Below are positions 63,655 to 64,000 of a DNA stretch of 64,000 nucleotides, in pieces (the first letter of the stretch is position 1; each line of letters begins with the position of its first letter). The translations under genes and the position numbers were made by a program. The DNA comes from a virus (taxonomy: Duplodnaviria > Heunggongvirae > Uroviricota > Caudoviricetes), in the IMG/VR virus record IMGVR_UViG_3300030019_000001; one strand, given 5' to 3'. Below the pieces are notes generated by a model. It was not told where the DNA came from. It was given only the letters and a program-made list of their open reading frames with translations, and did no database searches.

Positions 63655-64000
63655 AAGTTAAATTTATCTATATTATTGTATAATCCAGGAGTACGATAAA
63701 GATTTTTGAATATGTGTGGACTATAATATTTCTCCTTTTTACAATCATAAACAAAAATCAGTTCAATCTTTCTGTAATCTTTAAAAAAAATATAAAGATC
63801 ACCAAATTCTGCTGATTCATCTTCTAAGTTTCCTTCATAATTTATGCCCAATACAAAATCTGGTCCTTCACTTGCAAAATCAAAAGAGTTGACAGTATTG
63901 ATGCCATCTTTTATTGATTGTAATGTTCCATCATACCAATCGCAATTCTCCTGAGCAACTTCATCGTATTCTTCATCTGTTGCACCGCCAATTGGCATTC
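63651..64000 (-). CDS. C-tagged cassette protein, 5' end outside window
   Basis: Open to the window edge; ends IDKFNL. Confidence 0.7.
   Translation of the reverse strand, partial: MPIGGATDEEYDEVAQENCDWYDGTLQSIKDGINTVNSFDFASEGPDFVLGINYEGNLEDESAEFGDLYIFFKDYRKIELIFVYDCKKEKYYSPHIFKNLYRTPGLYNNIDKFNL

Noticed and set aside
24660-64000. Integron cassette array
   Set aside because: No tyrosine integrase and no attC-like hairpins; junctions are coding overlaps of a few bases.
1-64000. Genome-wide stop-codon reassignment (TAG or TGA)
   Set aside because: Recognisable enzymes are full length in the standard code, and TAA, TGA and TAG all end genes at sensible positions.

Overview
A 64 kb segment of a very AT-rich (by eye about 20-25% GC, not computed) large or jumbo tailed-phage genome. 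The host is probably a Bacteroidota: many intergenic gaps carry TTTG-N19/20-TAnnTTTG promoters and the genes lack Shine-Dalgarno leaders. No capsid, terminase or polymerase gene is recognisable, so this is accessory territory. Two gene classes alternate. (1) Plus-strand runs of small genes behind host-type promoters; 17 of them end in an R-K-x-K-L-x-x-[LI] tail. (2) Four mostly minus-strand tandem arrays holding 37 small genes that end in K-[FY]-N-[LI]-stop. Most start with an MKY[IL]KKFE-type peptide resembling the T4 internal-protein capsid-targeting sequence, are chained by ATGA overlaps, and sit behind a distinct TAATATATA motif. Their cargo varies: SH3/KOW-like, ankyrin, LRR and unknown domains; a PPK2-HAD fusion carries the N-tag only. 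This looks like an expanded, cassette-like system of virion-packaged effectors (inference). A 3.8 kb ORF-free region (45.87-49.7 kb) holds six orphan promoter copies, eight copies of a structured repeat with a covarying stem, a tRNA-like element and a roughly 850 nt tetraloop-rich ncRNA candidate. Also present: degenerate tRNA-like genes, a solo TnpB, an RlmN/Cfr-like radical SAM enzyme, RNA-repair genes (PNKP, CCA enzyme head and tail on separate genes, cyclic-phosphate receiver), NAD/ADP-ribose genes (NadD, gp30.3/NADAR-like, PARG-like, ART-like), MgtC, PspC and an epimerase. All family calls come from motif recognition by eye; no database searches were run.
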